The notes under the pieces are model-generated. The model saw only the letters and a program-made list of their open reading frames with translations. It had not been told where the DNA came from and made no database searches. Below are positions 24,777 to 38,275 of a stretch of 64,000 nt of DNA, one piece after another. Source of the DNA: Octopus sinensis (taxonomy: Eukaryota). Location of the stretch: NCBI RefSeq assembly GCF_006345805.1, contig NC_043011.1, forward strand, positions 3,286,001 through 3,350,000, given 5' to 3'. Both the position numbers and the translations under genes were made by a program. Within the stretch, counting starts at the first letter, position 1, and every line of letters starts with the position of its first letter.

Positions 24777-25122
24777 TGGAAGGTGTTTGTAAGCCATTTA
24801 AGAAACACACAAAAGCCATTCGATTCACTTCAACATTTAAGTTTAATTTGTCAAAATATTTTCGTCACTTTAAGACCGTGACCTGTTCCCTGACAAAAAT
24901 CCGAGATACAGCACGAATTTTTGTCAGCACGGATTTTTGTCAGTGAACAGGTCGCGGTCTTAAAGCGACGAAAATATTTTGACAAATTAAATGTTGAAGT
25001 GAATCGAACGGCTTTTGTGTGTTTCTTAAATGGCTTACAAACACCTTCCACGCTGCAATTGTTTTCATTTCAACACACGATCTCAGATCAAATCACTTGC
25101 TATGCAAGTACATCTCCGTAAA
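24777..25122. mobile_element. Fold-back MITE with ~125-bp TIRs (24777-25050) and unpaired right extension
   Basis: TGGAAGGTGTTTGTAAGCC...CTGACAAAAATCCG and its reverse complement separated by a very short core. Confidence 0.85.
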
Positions 25123-28100
25123 GAATAAATAATTGTTGGAAAAATAATAAACTATGCATGTTATTTTAAAACTGGAAACATTTAGGGTCATTACACTCAC
25201 TAATTAGATCAATCTGAAGCGTCTCACATCACAATTCACCTATCATCATTTATACTGGAAAATAGTGTACCTAAATGTACCCATTGACATCATTCAGGTT
25301 TTCATTATTCCTTTTTTTTTCCAAGTTTTTTTTTACACTCCCACACACATCACTGCAAGACGATAGAGTGATCCTGATATTGGTGAAGGAGAGAGCTTTA
25401 CCTTACCAGGTTTTAGAATCAGGATAGGACATATCTTTTGGTGTTTCCTAGATCTGCAATCAGTGTTGTAACTGAGGGAGTAGTCTCCAAGACTTGTTAT
25501 AGTTGCTTCTGTTAATTACGCACCCCCCTTTCAATTTGTCTTCCCTGTCATTGATGTTTGTGACCAGAAGAAATGGATCCATAAGTTTTTTTTATCAGTT
25601 TTTAAGACAGATGATGAAGTGATCTCCTACATCATATCTAGATCTTTGACTGATGGCATTGTTGAAATGTCAACCTCCGAATCCTGACGGTGGGTGTTGT
25701 CACCATATACTGCTCCTCACTTTGTCTCACTTCTTGGTTTTTCAATTCTTTGAGGCATAAAACTTTCAAATGACTCTTGCTTCTACAAGTATAACAGCTG
25801 AGTCTCTTGCACTATGACACCTATACTATAATCTCTGAGAACAGTTGAGGACTAGTCCTGTGGTTGTGATGGGTCATAAGAACTTTCAAGTCTATACTGA
25901 ACCTTTTCTGACCACATGGCATTATTTTGTGACCTTTATGCTTACCACAAACCCATATTACCAGCGACTGTATTGAGTTATGAATTCATGGATGAGTGTG
26001 TCACATATGACTTCTGCCTGGTGTCCCTCCTACGTTTTTGTTTTGATGAGCAGATTGAGACTTTCATAAGCTTTCCCTTGAATACTGATTGAGTTAATGC
26101 CCACACATCACTCAGAACTTCCTTCAACTGATCCTTTCAGGGTACACCATATCCTGCTCTGCTTTCGGTGAAAGATATGTATTGTCAGCTTTCTCCTTGG
26201 CTTAGTGTTGCCAAAGCTCCCTCTAGGCTTCAGATCTGTCCATATTTAAATTCTTTATATACTAGAAACAAAAGGTGCAAAAGGCAAATGAAGGAATGGG
26301 AGGGAAGGATAGAAACAGAGGATTAAAGTGAAGAAGTGGCTCTTTACTTCTCCTCCTCCATCTCCTCATTCGTCACAATGTTTTTTGATAGAGGGAGAAA
26401 TGTAAATTGTGTAAGTGTGTGAGTGATTTAGAAAGAGAGAGAGAGAGAGAAAGAGCTATAGACTAAACGAGAGGAATTATTGAAGAGGATGAGAGAGAAT
26501 ATGAATAACAGAAACACAGAATAAGAAAACAGACACATAGAAGAGAGAAAGAAACATAGAGAGAACACAAGTTTCTATAGGAGAAGTTGAAAGGGATAGT
26601 GGGAGAGAGAGCTAATGTTTGATACTGTATGTTCTATAGGTGAAAGGGAAAGAAACCTGGCACAAAGAGAGGGGAAAGCAGGAGAGAAAGAGATGTTAAT
26701 GTTTAATATTGTATATATATATGTGTGTGTGTGTGTGTGCATGTGTGTGTGCAGCATTCCACAATCATTGTTTATTTCAATCACTCTTGTGAAGATATTT
26801 ACGTAACTTTCATTCATTTTCGTTTTTTTAATTCACGTTTTCATTTTCGAAAAAGTCTCTGAGAAAATGTTCTCACTCTCTACAGAAGGAGACAGGGTGG
26901 ATGTAGACAATCAGTATTCTACAGTGAAGCAAAGATGAGTACAGGTAGCCAGAGTAAGATCACTAGAGACCCCTGCACGACAACAACTAAGACATGGAAA
27001 TTACTGAAGGAGAGCTGCTGCATGCAGGGCCAATGAGTCAAAAGGTACAAGGGAAAAACAAAATTCAATCTACAGGAGCCAAGAGTCAAAAAAGGAAAGA
27101 GAAAAAAATTTAAAGGGTACAAGACAAAGACAAGATACCAGAGTTGCCTGTGAGACAATAGGTCAGTGACAGATGAGACAAAGAAAAAATTAGGAAGAAA
27201 CAGTTGCTGCAAAACTTCGCCAGGAAAGACGTAAGCATCTTGAATGTTTGACAAAAGAGTTGCACCTTTTAAGGGGACTTGGAAAAGATCACCTTTCAGG
27301 TATGATCCAGAACATGATTATTCTACAGAGAAATTGATTGATAATGGAGCAATATCAAAAGAGCGCAATGTTTTTAAAGCAAAGAAATAAGAAAGAGAAA
27401 CGACCACTATGTGTTGTGGTGGAGGAAAGGTTGTTTTACTGACGTTTGGTACACCTACAGATACTTTGAAAGCATTGCTTTTGGGAAACACACCCATGAG
27501 CATTAGGAATTATAATTCTGCTTTCCAGTGACCTCCTTTGGTAGGAATATTATAAAAGAAGGACATAAGAGGCAGCAATAAATCTATGAGAGGAGTTACA
27601 TTAGTTTTATCATGAGATTTCAGACAGACATTACCAGTCATTCTGAGAGGAACAAGATCTGATTATATAAAGACATGCATTAAGTCTTCACACCTATGGA
27701 ATAAAGTACAGAAATTCTCCTTCAGTACTAATGTGTGAGCTTTATTACATGGGGATCAATGTGCAAAACAGTTTTCAATCTGGCTCCTACAATTAGGAAA
27801 TGGGAAAGTACCATTTGATGGGAATGGTGATATCAATTTGGATCATATTGCTATCATGGTGAATTCCCCAGCTGAATTGAAGAACAGGATATTTCCAGAC
27901 TTGAGTAGAAATTATAATTCACATAAATGGTTGTGTGAAGGCAATTCTTACTCCAAAAAATGAGACAGTAATTAACCATGAATTAATGAATAAGATTCCA
28001 ACTTATTAAGGAGAACAAATCTGTTGAATCAGTACTTGATGAAAATCAAGCTGTCCATTACCTAATAGAGTTTCTTAATTCCCCTGAGCCACCCCGGAAA

Positions 28101-28584
28101 TCCTTTGCATAAACTTTCTCCTGAATGTAGGAGTCCCAATAATGCTTCTAAGAAATTTAGATCTTCTTGAATTATGCAATGGAACAAGGTTGATTGTGAA
28201 GACATTTTCACCTAATTTGATAGAAGTTACCATCATCACTGGATGTGCCTTGGGGGAAGAGGTTTACATTCCAATAATTCCAATCAAACCAACAGACATA
28301 CCATCTGAGTTCAAACGAACACAATTCCCAGTGTGACTTTGCTTCACAATGTCTATTAATAAAACTCAAGGTTAAACGTTCAAACCTACTGGCTTGCACT
28401 TAATTGACCCTTGCTCTTCTCATGGTCAACTTTGTTGGTTGCTCCAGGGTTGGTAGTTTGCAAGACTTATTTGTCTATGTTCCAAACCAGAAAACAAAGA
28501 ATGTTGTTTACCCAGAAGCTCTTATGTAATAGAATTTATTTCCCTTCATAAAAGTGGTAAATTTTGTATTTTCATTTTTATTAC

Positions 28585-28610
28585 TATTATTATTATTATT
28601 ATTATTATTA

Positions 28611-28694
<84 letters not shown>

Positions 28695-28697
28695 TAT
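28585..28697. repeat. (TAT)n microsatellite
   Basis: Direct reading. Confidence 0.95.
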
Positions 28698-29030
28698 GCC
28701 AGTACCGCATCGACTGGCCTCCGTGCTGTGGGCACGTAACAAACACCATCCGATCGTGGCTGTGCCAGCCTCGCCTGGCCTCCGTGCTGGTGGCACGTAA
28801 AAAGCACCATCCGAGCGTGGCCGTTCGGCAGCCTCGTCTGGCACCTGTGTCAGTGGCACATAAAAAGCACCCACTACACTCACGGAGTGGTTGGCATTAG
28901 GAAGGGCATCCAGCTGTAGAAACACTGCCAGATCTGACTGGCCTGGTGCAGCCTTCGAGCTTCCCAGACCCCAGTTGAACCGTCCAACCCATGCTAGCAT
29001 GGAAAGTAGACGTTAAACGATGATGATGAT
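28697..29030 (+). mobile_element. RTE 3' UTR fragment inserted in (TAT)n within the Helitron 3' region
   Basis: GGCACGTAAAAAGCACC subrepeats, AGGAAGGGCATCCAGCTGTAGAAAC, CGTTAAACGATGATGAT tail. Confidence 0.85.
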
Positions 29031-29492
29031 TATTATTATTATTATTTTTATTATGAAATCAGAATTGATTTCCCAACTGAAGAATAAATTGAATTTAGAA
29101 TAATAAATGTCTATACAACATATTTTGATTTTTTCTTCCAATATAAAAGGAACAATTCCATTCCTAGGTAACGCCGGGTGCCTCTGTTAGTATTCTATAA
29201 AATTTTGATTTCATTTCATTTGGTTTATATAGTGTGTCAGGAAATTTAAAATTAATTCTCTTTAGATTTGACTTCCTGAGTTTATGCAGATGAGATATTT
29301 GCTTGCTCCAGCTTAACAAAGTGAAAACCTCTTTCAGGTAACATTTCCACATGATCTACTACCAAGAAACTAGTTGAACTATAATGCTTTCACCAATAAT
29401 GATAGTATATTTGAAGTCTTTCTATGTGAGTTGGTAATTTTGTGTCTTATCCATTAAACTGCGTTAGTTCCACAGAGTTTACACAATGTATA

Positions 29493-29894
29493 GGCGCAGG
29501 AGTGGCTGTGTGGTAAGTAGCTTGCTTACCAGCCACATGGTTCCGGGTTCAGTCCCACTGCGTGGTATCTTGGGCAAGTGTCTTCTACTATAGCCTTGGG
29601 CCAACTAAAGCCTTGTGAGTGGATTTGGTAGACGGAAACTGAAAGAAGCCCGTCGTATATATGTATGTATATATATATGTGTGTGTGTGTGTGTGTTTCT
29701 CCCCCTAGCATTGCTTGACAACTGATGCTGGTGTGTTTACGTCCCCGTCACTTAGCGGTTCGGCAAAAGAGACTGATAGAATTAGTACTGGGCTTATAAA
29801 GAATAAGTCCTGGGGTCGATTTGCTCGACTAAAGGTGATGCTCCAGCATGGCCACAGTCAAATGACTGAAACAAGTAATAGAGTAAAAAGAGTA
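29493..29894 (+). mobile_element. SINE family A, full length, 8-bp TSD AATGTATA
   Basis: Consensus head and tail; TSD at 29485-29492 and 29896-29903. Confidence 0.92.
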
Positions 29895-30483
29895 AAATGT
29901 ATATATCGAATGGCTTTACCACTTATATCACTAGTACATGTATTTAAAAAAATGTTAGAATTCAAAGTAAAAAAAATCATCTCACCTGAACTATATTTGA
30001 ACTAATTTCAAATTTTCTTTGGTATTTACACAATCACTGCATTCGAGATGGCCCATTCTGTACAGTACTGTTTTGATGCATACACATTGCTTCACTGATC
30101 TGAATTAGAATGACATTGAGGCTAACTCAGTCTGTCATCTCTCCCAGGAGAGAAGTATCAATATAATAATTACCGGTGATGTTTTATAATTGCTTTAGTT
30201 AACTTAACTCATTTTCAATTATGGTTGACCTTGAACCTATTGAAACGGTATTTTCTTAATATTTCAGAGGAACATAAAGTAGATATAAATCCCAAAACAA
30301 TTTGTTCATTTACCTTGTGTTCTATTCTCAAGTGCAATCATCACAATCATTATTTATGATTGCTGTTGAGAAAATGCATCAGTTTTAGCCAATCTCATTT
30401 TTCCTTTCTCTGATACTCTGAAATTATTAAAGAAACCAATATTTTCCCATTATTACACATTAATATGATTATTTTACTCTGAA

Positions 30484-30715
30484 GGACGGCGAGCTGGCAG
30501 AAACATTAGCACCCCGGGCGAAATGCGTAGCCGTATTTCGTCTGTCGTTACGCTGTGAGTTCAAATTCCACTGAGGTCGACTTTGCCTTTCATCCTTTCA
30601 GGGTCGATAAATAAAGTACCAGTTTCGCACTGGGGTCGATGTAATCGACTTAATCCGTGTGTCTGTCCTTGTTTGTCCCCTCTATGTTTAGCCCCTTGTG
30701 GATAGTAAAGAAATA
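30484..30715 (+). mobile_element. SINE family B with TATTTTACTCT TSD
   Basis: Consensus body; flanking duplication on both sides. Confidence 0.9.
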
Positions 30716-33700
30716 TATTTTACTCTATAGATTTTTGTATTGCTAAGAGGTCCACTGCCTGGAAATTCAAGCTCGTTTGTAATAATGAGATTTTTGGCAT
30801 GTAAGAAGGGTGCTTTAAATCTAATGCAATTTAATTAACCCTTTTGGCTCTGACCCACCTGAGACACTTTCTACTTCAACAACACAAAAATGTCCGATTT
30901 GTGTTCATAATTAAATAAAAAGCTTAATTACAAATTTCATATCACTTATATTGGTAAAGACTTTAGAAAAAGCATCACATTTCTCTACTTCCCTTACAAA
31001 AAGGGTGAGAGGCTTCATATTTAGTTAAAGTAAACCAATAATTTTCAGCCAATTCTTAGAATTAATTGCAAGTCTTTTACTTTACAATTTTCTGTGATGA
31101 TTCCAATTTGTATATACTTTGCATTTTTCAAATAATTCAAAATAATTAATCATTATAGCTAAATACACATACTAGTATTTGAAAAGACTACAGCAAGTTT
31201 GGACAAATGAAAATCAATTCAGTTGAATGTACAGCTCCAAAGTAATTTACTAGAATGCTGTTTTGCTTTTCCCTCAGTTTTCAGAAATTCTTTGGTTTAA
31301 ATTGTAGTTTTCTATTTTCATTTTTTTATTTAATGAAGGAGTGTGAAACACATATCACTGTATCTTGTTCTATGAGTATTTCCTTCTCAATTCACACACG
31401 CATGAAAAAATTATTAACATAGAATCTCTGGGTATGTGCCAATGTAAAAAATATAAAATACTGCTATGTATTTAATGGATTTCAACACTTTTTCTATTTG
31501 CTTCCTACCTTAAATATGTAGTTTGGTTAACATAGCTCTAATTCGAGCCATTTATAATCATGACCCAATAAGCTATGCACCTGCTTGAAACAAATGTATT
31601 TCATTTCCTGTGTGGAATTTTCTTTTCTTTATGCACTGGTTACATGATATCGGTGTGTTGAGTAGAAGGTAAGAGAGAGAGAGAGAGATATTGAATTAGA
31701 GTACATAGATTGATTTGAAATATTTTTTAAAATTATGTTTTATTTTTATTATATTGTGTATATACATCTAACTTGCTTTTACCAAAACTAGTTATTAAAG
31801 ACATAAATAAACTAGAAATATTTCTCTTTTATTATTTATTTTATCCACTTTCATGCTTTGTGTTTGAAGTGTTTCACTCCATTCTCTCAAAAATCATTCG
31901 TAACATTTTTCATGCTAAATGTTTTTTGATCCAAACTGAACAAGAATTTTTATTTCCTTTCCCAACAGTTGTTCTTAAATTTTTATCTTAACAAATATCC
32001 TTTGTTCAATAATTCATATTTAAAACTCATCAGTTTTAAAATGCAGTAAAGCAACTGCTAATTTAAAGCCAATGCAGATCACTTAACTTACACCTCTAAT
32101 ATCTTTCTCTCTTCATCTGATACTTTTATCCAGTGGATCTGGGTAATTGTGTTTATAGAACAAGTTAACACTTTCAAGAAGTGACTAAGCAAGTGTTCTC
32201 AGACCCAGAGTTAAAGTCTCATCTCCATCTTAATTATCAGGAAAAATATGCCAGTGGAGATTTTGTACTCTTTCACCACATGTGCATGGGGAGCAGCTGT
32301 TTCTTTTCATCTCCCTCTTCTGATGTCTCTACTTTCAGCTTAATTGGAAGATGGTGAGTTGCTAGAGTTTGAAGAGAGCCAGACTAAATATCTTATGAGC
32401 TTATATTTAATCACTGTGTTAATTGTGCCTTTCCATTATTTAGGGTTAATCTGATTAACTCTACCTCCTTTCTTATCAGAATTAATTATTTGTTTTGCTT
32501 GGTGTTTATACAATATTTTAACTCAGACAGCACTAGCCATTGAAATTTTAACCTCTATGACACTGTCCCTTCTGTGAGAAATAGTAATCAAATTTTTTCT
32601 TATTCACCATCTTAAAAAAGGAGACTACATTAAATAATGTAGTTATAGATATCAATATTTTTTGAGAACAAAATTGGGATATTCATATACTGAACCTCTT
32701 TGATCATGGCTCAGTTTGAGATAATTGACTGGAAGCTAAGTATTAACAATTACAGAAACAAGCACCATAGCCTGAGATGGTTTCAACATCCACTTGAAAC
32801 AAATTCAACTTTCATTGCTTAATGCCCTTCAGTAAGATTAAAACATAACATCATATAATCTTATTTTTCTGTTCTATTCCTAATTTGTGTAGTTGGGTGG
32901 TATTGTAAGCAATCGATATTATTCCACAGAGTTATAGTGAGTGCCATCGGGCAAGGATACAAGAATTCAAAGAAGCTAAGACTTTCATGCAGTTTCTGTA
33001 TCAGATTGAAGCTATTTCACTTCATGTAAACTATCAATGATGATGGGAGAAGATATGGAAGTAACTTTTCTATTTCTCTTTTCTTAAAACACAAGATTCT
33101 TCCTTTGCCAAGTGAACATGAAATAAATACTTTATATACAGTTTATGAATCAAACACTGAAATATATTCAAATAGTCATAGTGGTATCTAAAATTATTTT
33201 GGTTTTTCTGCTCAAATCTCCTTTTCCAGTATTTCACAGTTTGAAAATTTTCACTGAAGGTCAAATATACCAGATCATGCATCTGAATCAAAGAATGTGC
33301 AAGACACATGCACAAACACTGCACACATATATGTACATGCACATACACACACTGATATGCAAAAACAGATAAATAAACACATGCAGATATCCCACAGCAA
33401 GATACACAATTCCATTATGCAATTGTAATGTGGATGCTTAGAAAGATTTTCTTGGCAAAAAGATAATGCAATTTTATATTTATTTATTTCTTATATTTGA
33501 CATGCTAGATCCTGCCTTTGCTAAACAGAAACTTGTCAAACAATTAAATGATACAAGTTGTGTTGAAAGCAAAACTGGATTGGTATGTTTTTATTTCAGT
33601 CTGTTTTTATTTCTCAACTTTTATCTCTTTTTGTTGATGTAAAAAAAAGCCAAAAATAAAAAAAAATTAGAAAGCATTTTATCACTTTAGTTGAAACCTA

Positions 33701-36559
33701 TTATTTTCTTAACAATATATGAAAAATATTGAAGCTGTTGCTATCATGGAATAATGTCTTTATTTAAGAAACAATTTGGGATGGGATATTTTTTGTGTTG
33801 TTATATATTTTATATTTACAAATTTATATATATATGCATTTTATTATTTTACACTATCTTGGGTTTACATGGCACTATTAGTATGTGCACACATACACAC
33901 ATCAAAACACACATATACACTAATACATATGCATATGTGTGTGTACAAATATATATATATATATAATACACATATGTATATATGCATATGTGTGTGTGCA
34001 CGTGTGTGCATGTGTGTGTGTATAATAATACATGCATATACACATTTACATACATACACATGTGTATATATGTATATGTGCATATATATGTGTGTGTGTG
34101 TGAGTGTAGATAGATAGATAGATGTGCATGCATACACATCTATATAAATCTATCTATACACTTATGTGTTTGTAAAAAATGTCTTTCATGGTGGATTGCA
34201 TACAGCAGTTTCAATTTCCTAATGGTTTTCAGCGCCTTACCATATTGACTACAAACATAACCACAACCATTTTGCTACTAGCATTACCATCAACATCACC
34301 ATAAACGCTATCATCATTTTCTTTCCAGTTCCTCAAACAACATTTTAATACGCAACACTACCACTACAGCTGCACCAACCAGCCACCACTGTCATCATTA
34401 CCACCTCTACAATCAATGTCACAATTGTACTATTATCCTCATAGTTCCACTGAAGGTACTACAGTCATCATCACAATCATAATCATCATCAATAGCAACT
34501 ACTAGCACACACTAGAATTATTACCCTTTCTTGCTGCAACTCATTGCATGGCCATTAATCCTGCTAGAAACAATGACTATTTTTCTGAGCTGAGCTTCAC
34601 TTTTTTGAAAATGGGAAGGACAAATGTTTGCTAGATACTGTAAGTTACCTAAAATGATAATGGGACGTTCATAGCAGGGAATCCTTTGATCATACATTTA
34701 CTGAATCGATCTGACTTGGGTTTAAACAACAACCACCAAAACAACTATGATTCTTGTCACTGTCACTTCTACCATAGCAAACACTGTTCCTTCTAAAATA
34801 ACAAACATTGCCTTCACTAGGTATTACCTACCCTCCCCCACAGCAACTGTTACTACCACCATTGTACCATTACCAGAACTGTTCTCATAAAAAAATCAAA
34901 CACACTAGATAAAAGTTCAATTATAGGTTAGTGGATTTAAAAGAGAATATTGATTTTTAGCATTGTCACATATCAACAAAGTTTAGAACTGATAGGTAGG
35001 GTAGGATTAATCGATCATAACTGGGCCCAGCACCTTCGTTATTGACCTCAGTAAGGTTGAACTATAAATACTGCAGAGCATTTTGATTGGTAGTGTACTA
35101 ATTTTTTCAGCTACTGCAACACTTAAAAGGAAATATGAATATATTAAAGGATAACTGTTACCTAATGTTAAAATATGACAGCTAATACCTCTTGCTTGCA
35201 GCATTGACTTTCTATTCCAGAATGGAAAAGAAAATTCTCTTACTTTTGCACTATCTGTGGCTAACTATGATGAAAAGGAGGAAGAGGAATTAACATACTA
35301 TTAACAGGAATATGGGTGAAACAAACTCAAATCCTCATCTTCGGCAACATGTAAATATACAAGAAATAAGATAATAAAATATATAACGTCAAATAAAATA
35401 AAACTATTGAAAAAGTAAAAAAATTAAAATAAATAAATAATAAAAAGTCATTTAATCTACTTAATGTCGATGATTGTGTGTCTTTGAGATAAATACAAAC
35501 AAAATATTGAGAAATATTTTCGATTTACTTTTATCAATTTTACAAAACTTAAATAATGCATAATGAACTAATTAACACTAAAACCAATCAACAGATTTAC
35601 CAAACCCAAGAGAAATCAGCAATAATTATTTATATATTAGTCATAAGGACAAGGAAAAGATAATAATACGTCACAAAGCCATATATTTTAAAAGAATATG
35701 AATCAAGCAAAATTAATTGAGATATACATAAATGTATGATTTCTAACATTAGTACTCGGCAGCTATGCATAGTGGAGATGGAGGGACTATAACTGATTGT
35801 AGGTGCACCAATATACAGGTGGAACTGTATTATTTTATGGACTCAGTTAGATAAAAACCAAAGTCAACATCCAAAACTATTTGATGTTTACTTTGCTTCT
35901 CATCCAAAGCAAAGATGAATGAGAAAGGAGATAGTTTAACTCTACAAGCCATTATTTAATCTAGTGGTTAATGGTTCCTGCTTGTCCACCAATTTGGCTT
36001 ACATAACTAAATATATATTTATAATGTAGAAATATTAAAATAATATATGATTGTTGTATGTTCAACACAACAAATGAATAGCATAGAGTAGTGAGTAAAG
36101 TCTTGTCAGTCAACTTCTGTAGTGCACAATATATTGCATCCAGGAAACACTGTAAAAGGGTTTGTGATAGGAAGGGTATTTTAGTGCAAAAACCATATCA
36201 AATTAACTGTGATGATATTAGGTGCAGAAGACCATCTAGTTTTGTTAACAGGGCAACTAAAATTAATAGTAGACTTTAAACCTAGCATAGGAGCAGAGCC
36301 ACTGGCCAGAAAGATCCAAGGGCTAAGAACTCCATGCCACTAAAATTATTCAAATCTTGCAGGGATTTTTGCAATATATCAAGTCTTAATATAGATAAGC
36401 TATGATTTAAAGAGGCTGATTTTCTTTGTAAAGTTTGCTGGAGAAGAAAGAGAAAATATAAACATCTGTTCACTTAACTTGATGATTCATTGAAATTTAG
36501 ATACATTATCTAGAATCACCGTAATAGGTTCAGTAATACAAAATTTAGAATTCTCATAA

Positions 36560-37400
36560 TTAAACAAAACACACTTTGCATTCCATTTTTGAAAACAAAA
36601 GTTTTATTATTTCAGTGATAGCAATACTCCCTACCAAATTCATTCCCTTTGCTGAAGATAGCTAGATTTATATTTCCCATAACATCTTGCTTCTCAAGAA
36701 GCTTTTGAAATGTTTTATCTTGCTGAAGGATTTCTCAGTAAAACTGACAGTGAGGCAGGAATATTTGCAACATAAAACATACATTTGAAAAATGGCATTT
36801 GAATTGTAAATTTTTATTGCATTTAAAAATTCATGAGAGCTCACCAAAGTTTGTTGCATGTATCAAGGTACTGCATTTTTTCCTGCATGGATTCTGAGAA
36901 ATCATCTAGTTTTATGTTCAAAGTTCTGCATGCACAATTGAGTTCTTCTTTTACTATTCTTTGATATCACAAAGTACAGAGCAACCTATTAATTGTGCTT
37001 GTACTTCCAAACCACTTTGACATCCTGAAAAAGGTTCATAAGAGCCATCATGAAGAACTTTCCTCTTGTCCATCATAGTCCTCAGAGATCCTAAGTCTTA
37101 CTCTTTTGTCAACTTACCCATGTGATAGGAATGGGATTAATTTTGATTTTCTCAGTAACTAACTTTACTTTATTTAAAATTTGTGACTATTTACCAGATT
37201 GACCTATAAGTTCATTGAGAAGTAACTCTAGATTTGAGACCCCTACATTCTTTGTGGCATCTCTTGCTTAGGTGAGATGATTTCTACTGTCCACCTGTAT
37301 ACGAATGTTAGGCCGCATCAGTAGCATAAGAATGCAAATGATGGATATGTTTCATTACACATTTGACTCTATTACAGGTCTTGGCAAGTGATTGAGAGAC
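36560..37400 (-). pseudogene. hAT transposase remnant
   Basis: TVSFTEKSFSKIKHFKSFLRSKM matches the hAT dimerisation motif ERSFSxLKxIKxxLRSTM; weaker upstream similarity. Confidence 0.55.
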
Positions 37401-37967
37401 AGAAGTTTGTTTAATGCAAGTCACATTACCATAAGATGAGCAGGAAATAATCCCAAACCTGCACCTCAGACCTGTTCATTGAGAACCTGACAAAGTATGG
37501 ATGGATTCATTTGGATTCTCCTTAGGAATAATCTCAAATTATAAACCGGTTGTGTAATTCCAATAAATTCCTGTTTGTCTCAATTTGATCGAAATCTATT
37601 ATCAACAATGAAGATGAATCACAAATCAATAAAAGATGGCAATAAATCATTCACGAAATTCAGAGAGGTTAAGTTTAAAGTTTTATTGTTTTAGCTGCAC
37701 TTACTTTAAATTAAAACTTTAATAAAAAGAATACTTTAATATTAATACAGTTAACACATTACTGAGAGTAAGATATTGATAAATGAATGCAATAAGATAC
37801 TGCACTATTTAGTAAAAAAACAACTCATTCTCCTGAAACAAAGTTTAAATTTGTTTCTTAGCCTAATATGGTTATTATACTGTGAATAAGTGACACAATA
37901 CGCCAAGCTGATCAAACATTGGCTTTTAAACATTATAGGCCATTTTCAATGTTTAAAAGCCAATTAT

Positions 37968-37969
37968 CA

Positions 37970-38022
<53 letters not shown>

Positions 38023-38114
38023 GCTATCTATCTATTTATCTATCCATCTGTCTCTCTATCTCTATCCATCCATCCATACACACACACGTGTGTGTGTGTT
38101 TGTGTGTGTGTGTG

Positions 38115-38177
<63 letters not shown>

Positions 38178-38193
38178 GTATATATATATATTT

Positions 38194-38267
<74 letters not shown>

Positions 38268-38275
38268 ATATATAT
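37968..38275. repeat. Compound (TCTA)n, (TG)n and (TA)n microsatellite
   Basis: Direct reading. Confidence 0.95.

Larger units (their letters stand above)
26900..29190 (+). mobile_element. Internally deleted autonomous-type Helitron (RepHel N-terminus fused to PIF1 helicase C-terminal half)
   Basis: FRYDP...MCCGGGKV...LKALL...IRNYNSAFQ-TSFG (27295-27545); then DFRQTLPV, LLRNLD...CNGTRL, QFPV-LCFTMSINKTQG, HGQLY...SRV, NVVYPEAL (27600-28525); 3' AACGCCGGG...TTAG|T at 29187-29190. The 5' end is not defined. Confidence 0.88.

Noticed and set aside
25330-26220. Possible non-LTR RT remnant (ILKPGK motif on the minus strand)
   Set aside because: A single short motif among many stops; clade and boundaries not supportable.
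32015-32045. CTGATGAG on the minus strand; similar isolated hits at ~13520 and ~52665
   Set aside because: No complementary stem II followed by GAAAC and no stem I partner.
32092-32200. Possible minus-strand exon EHLLSHFLKVLTCSINTITQIHWIKVSDEERKILE ending at a GTAAGT donor
   Set aside because: Weak acceptor, short, no recognisable homology; such matches are expected by chance.
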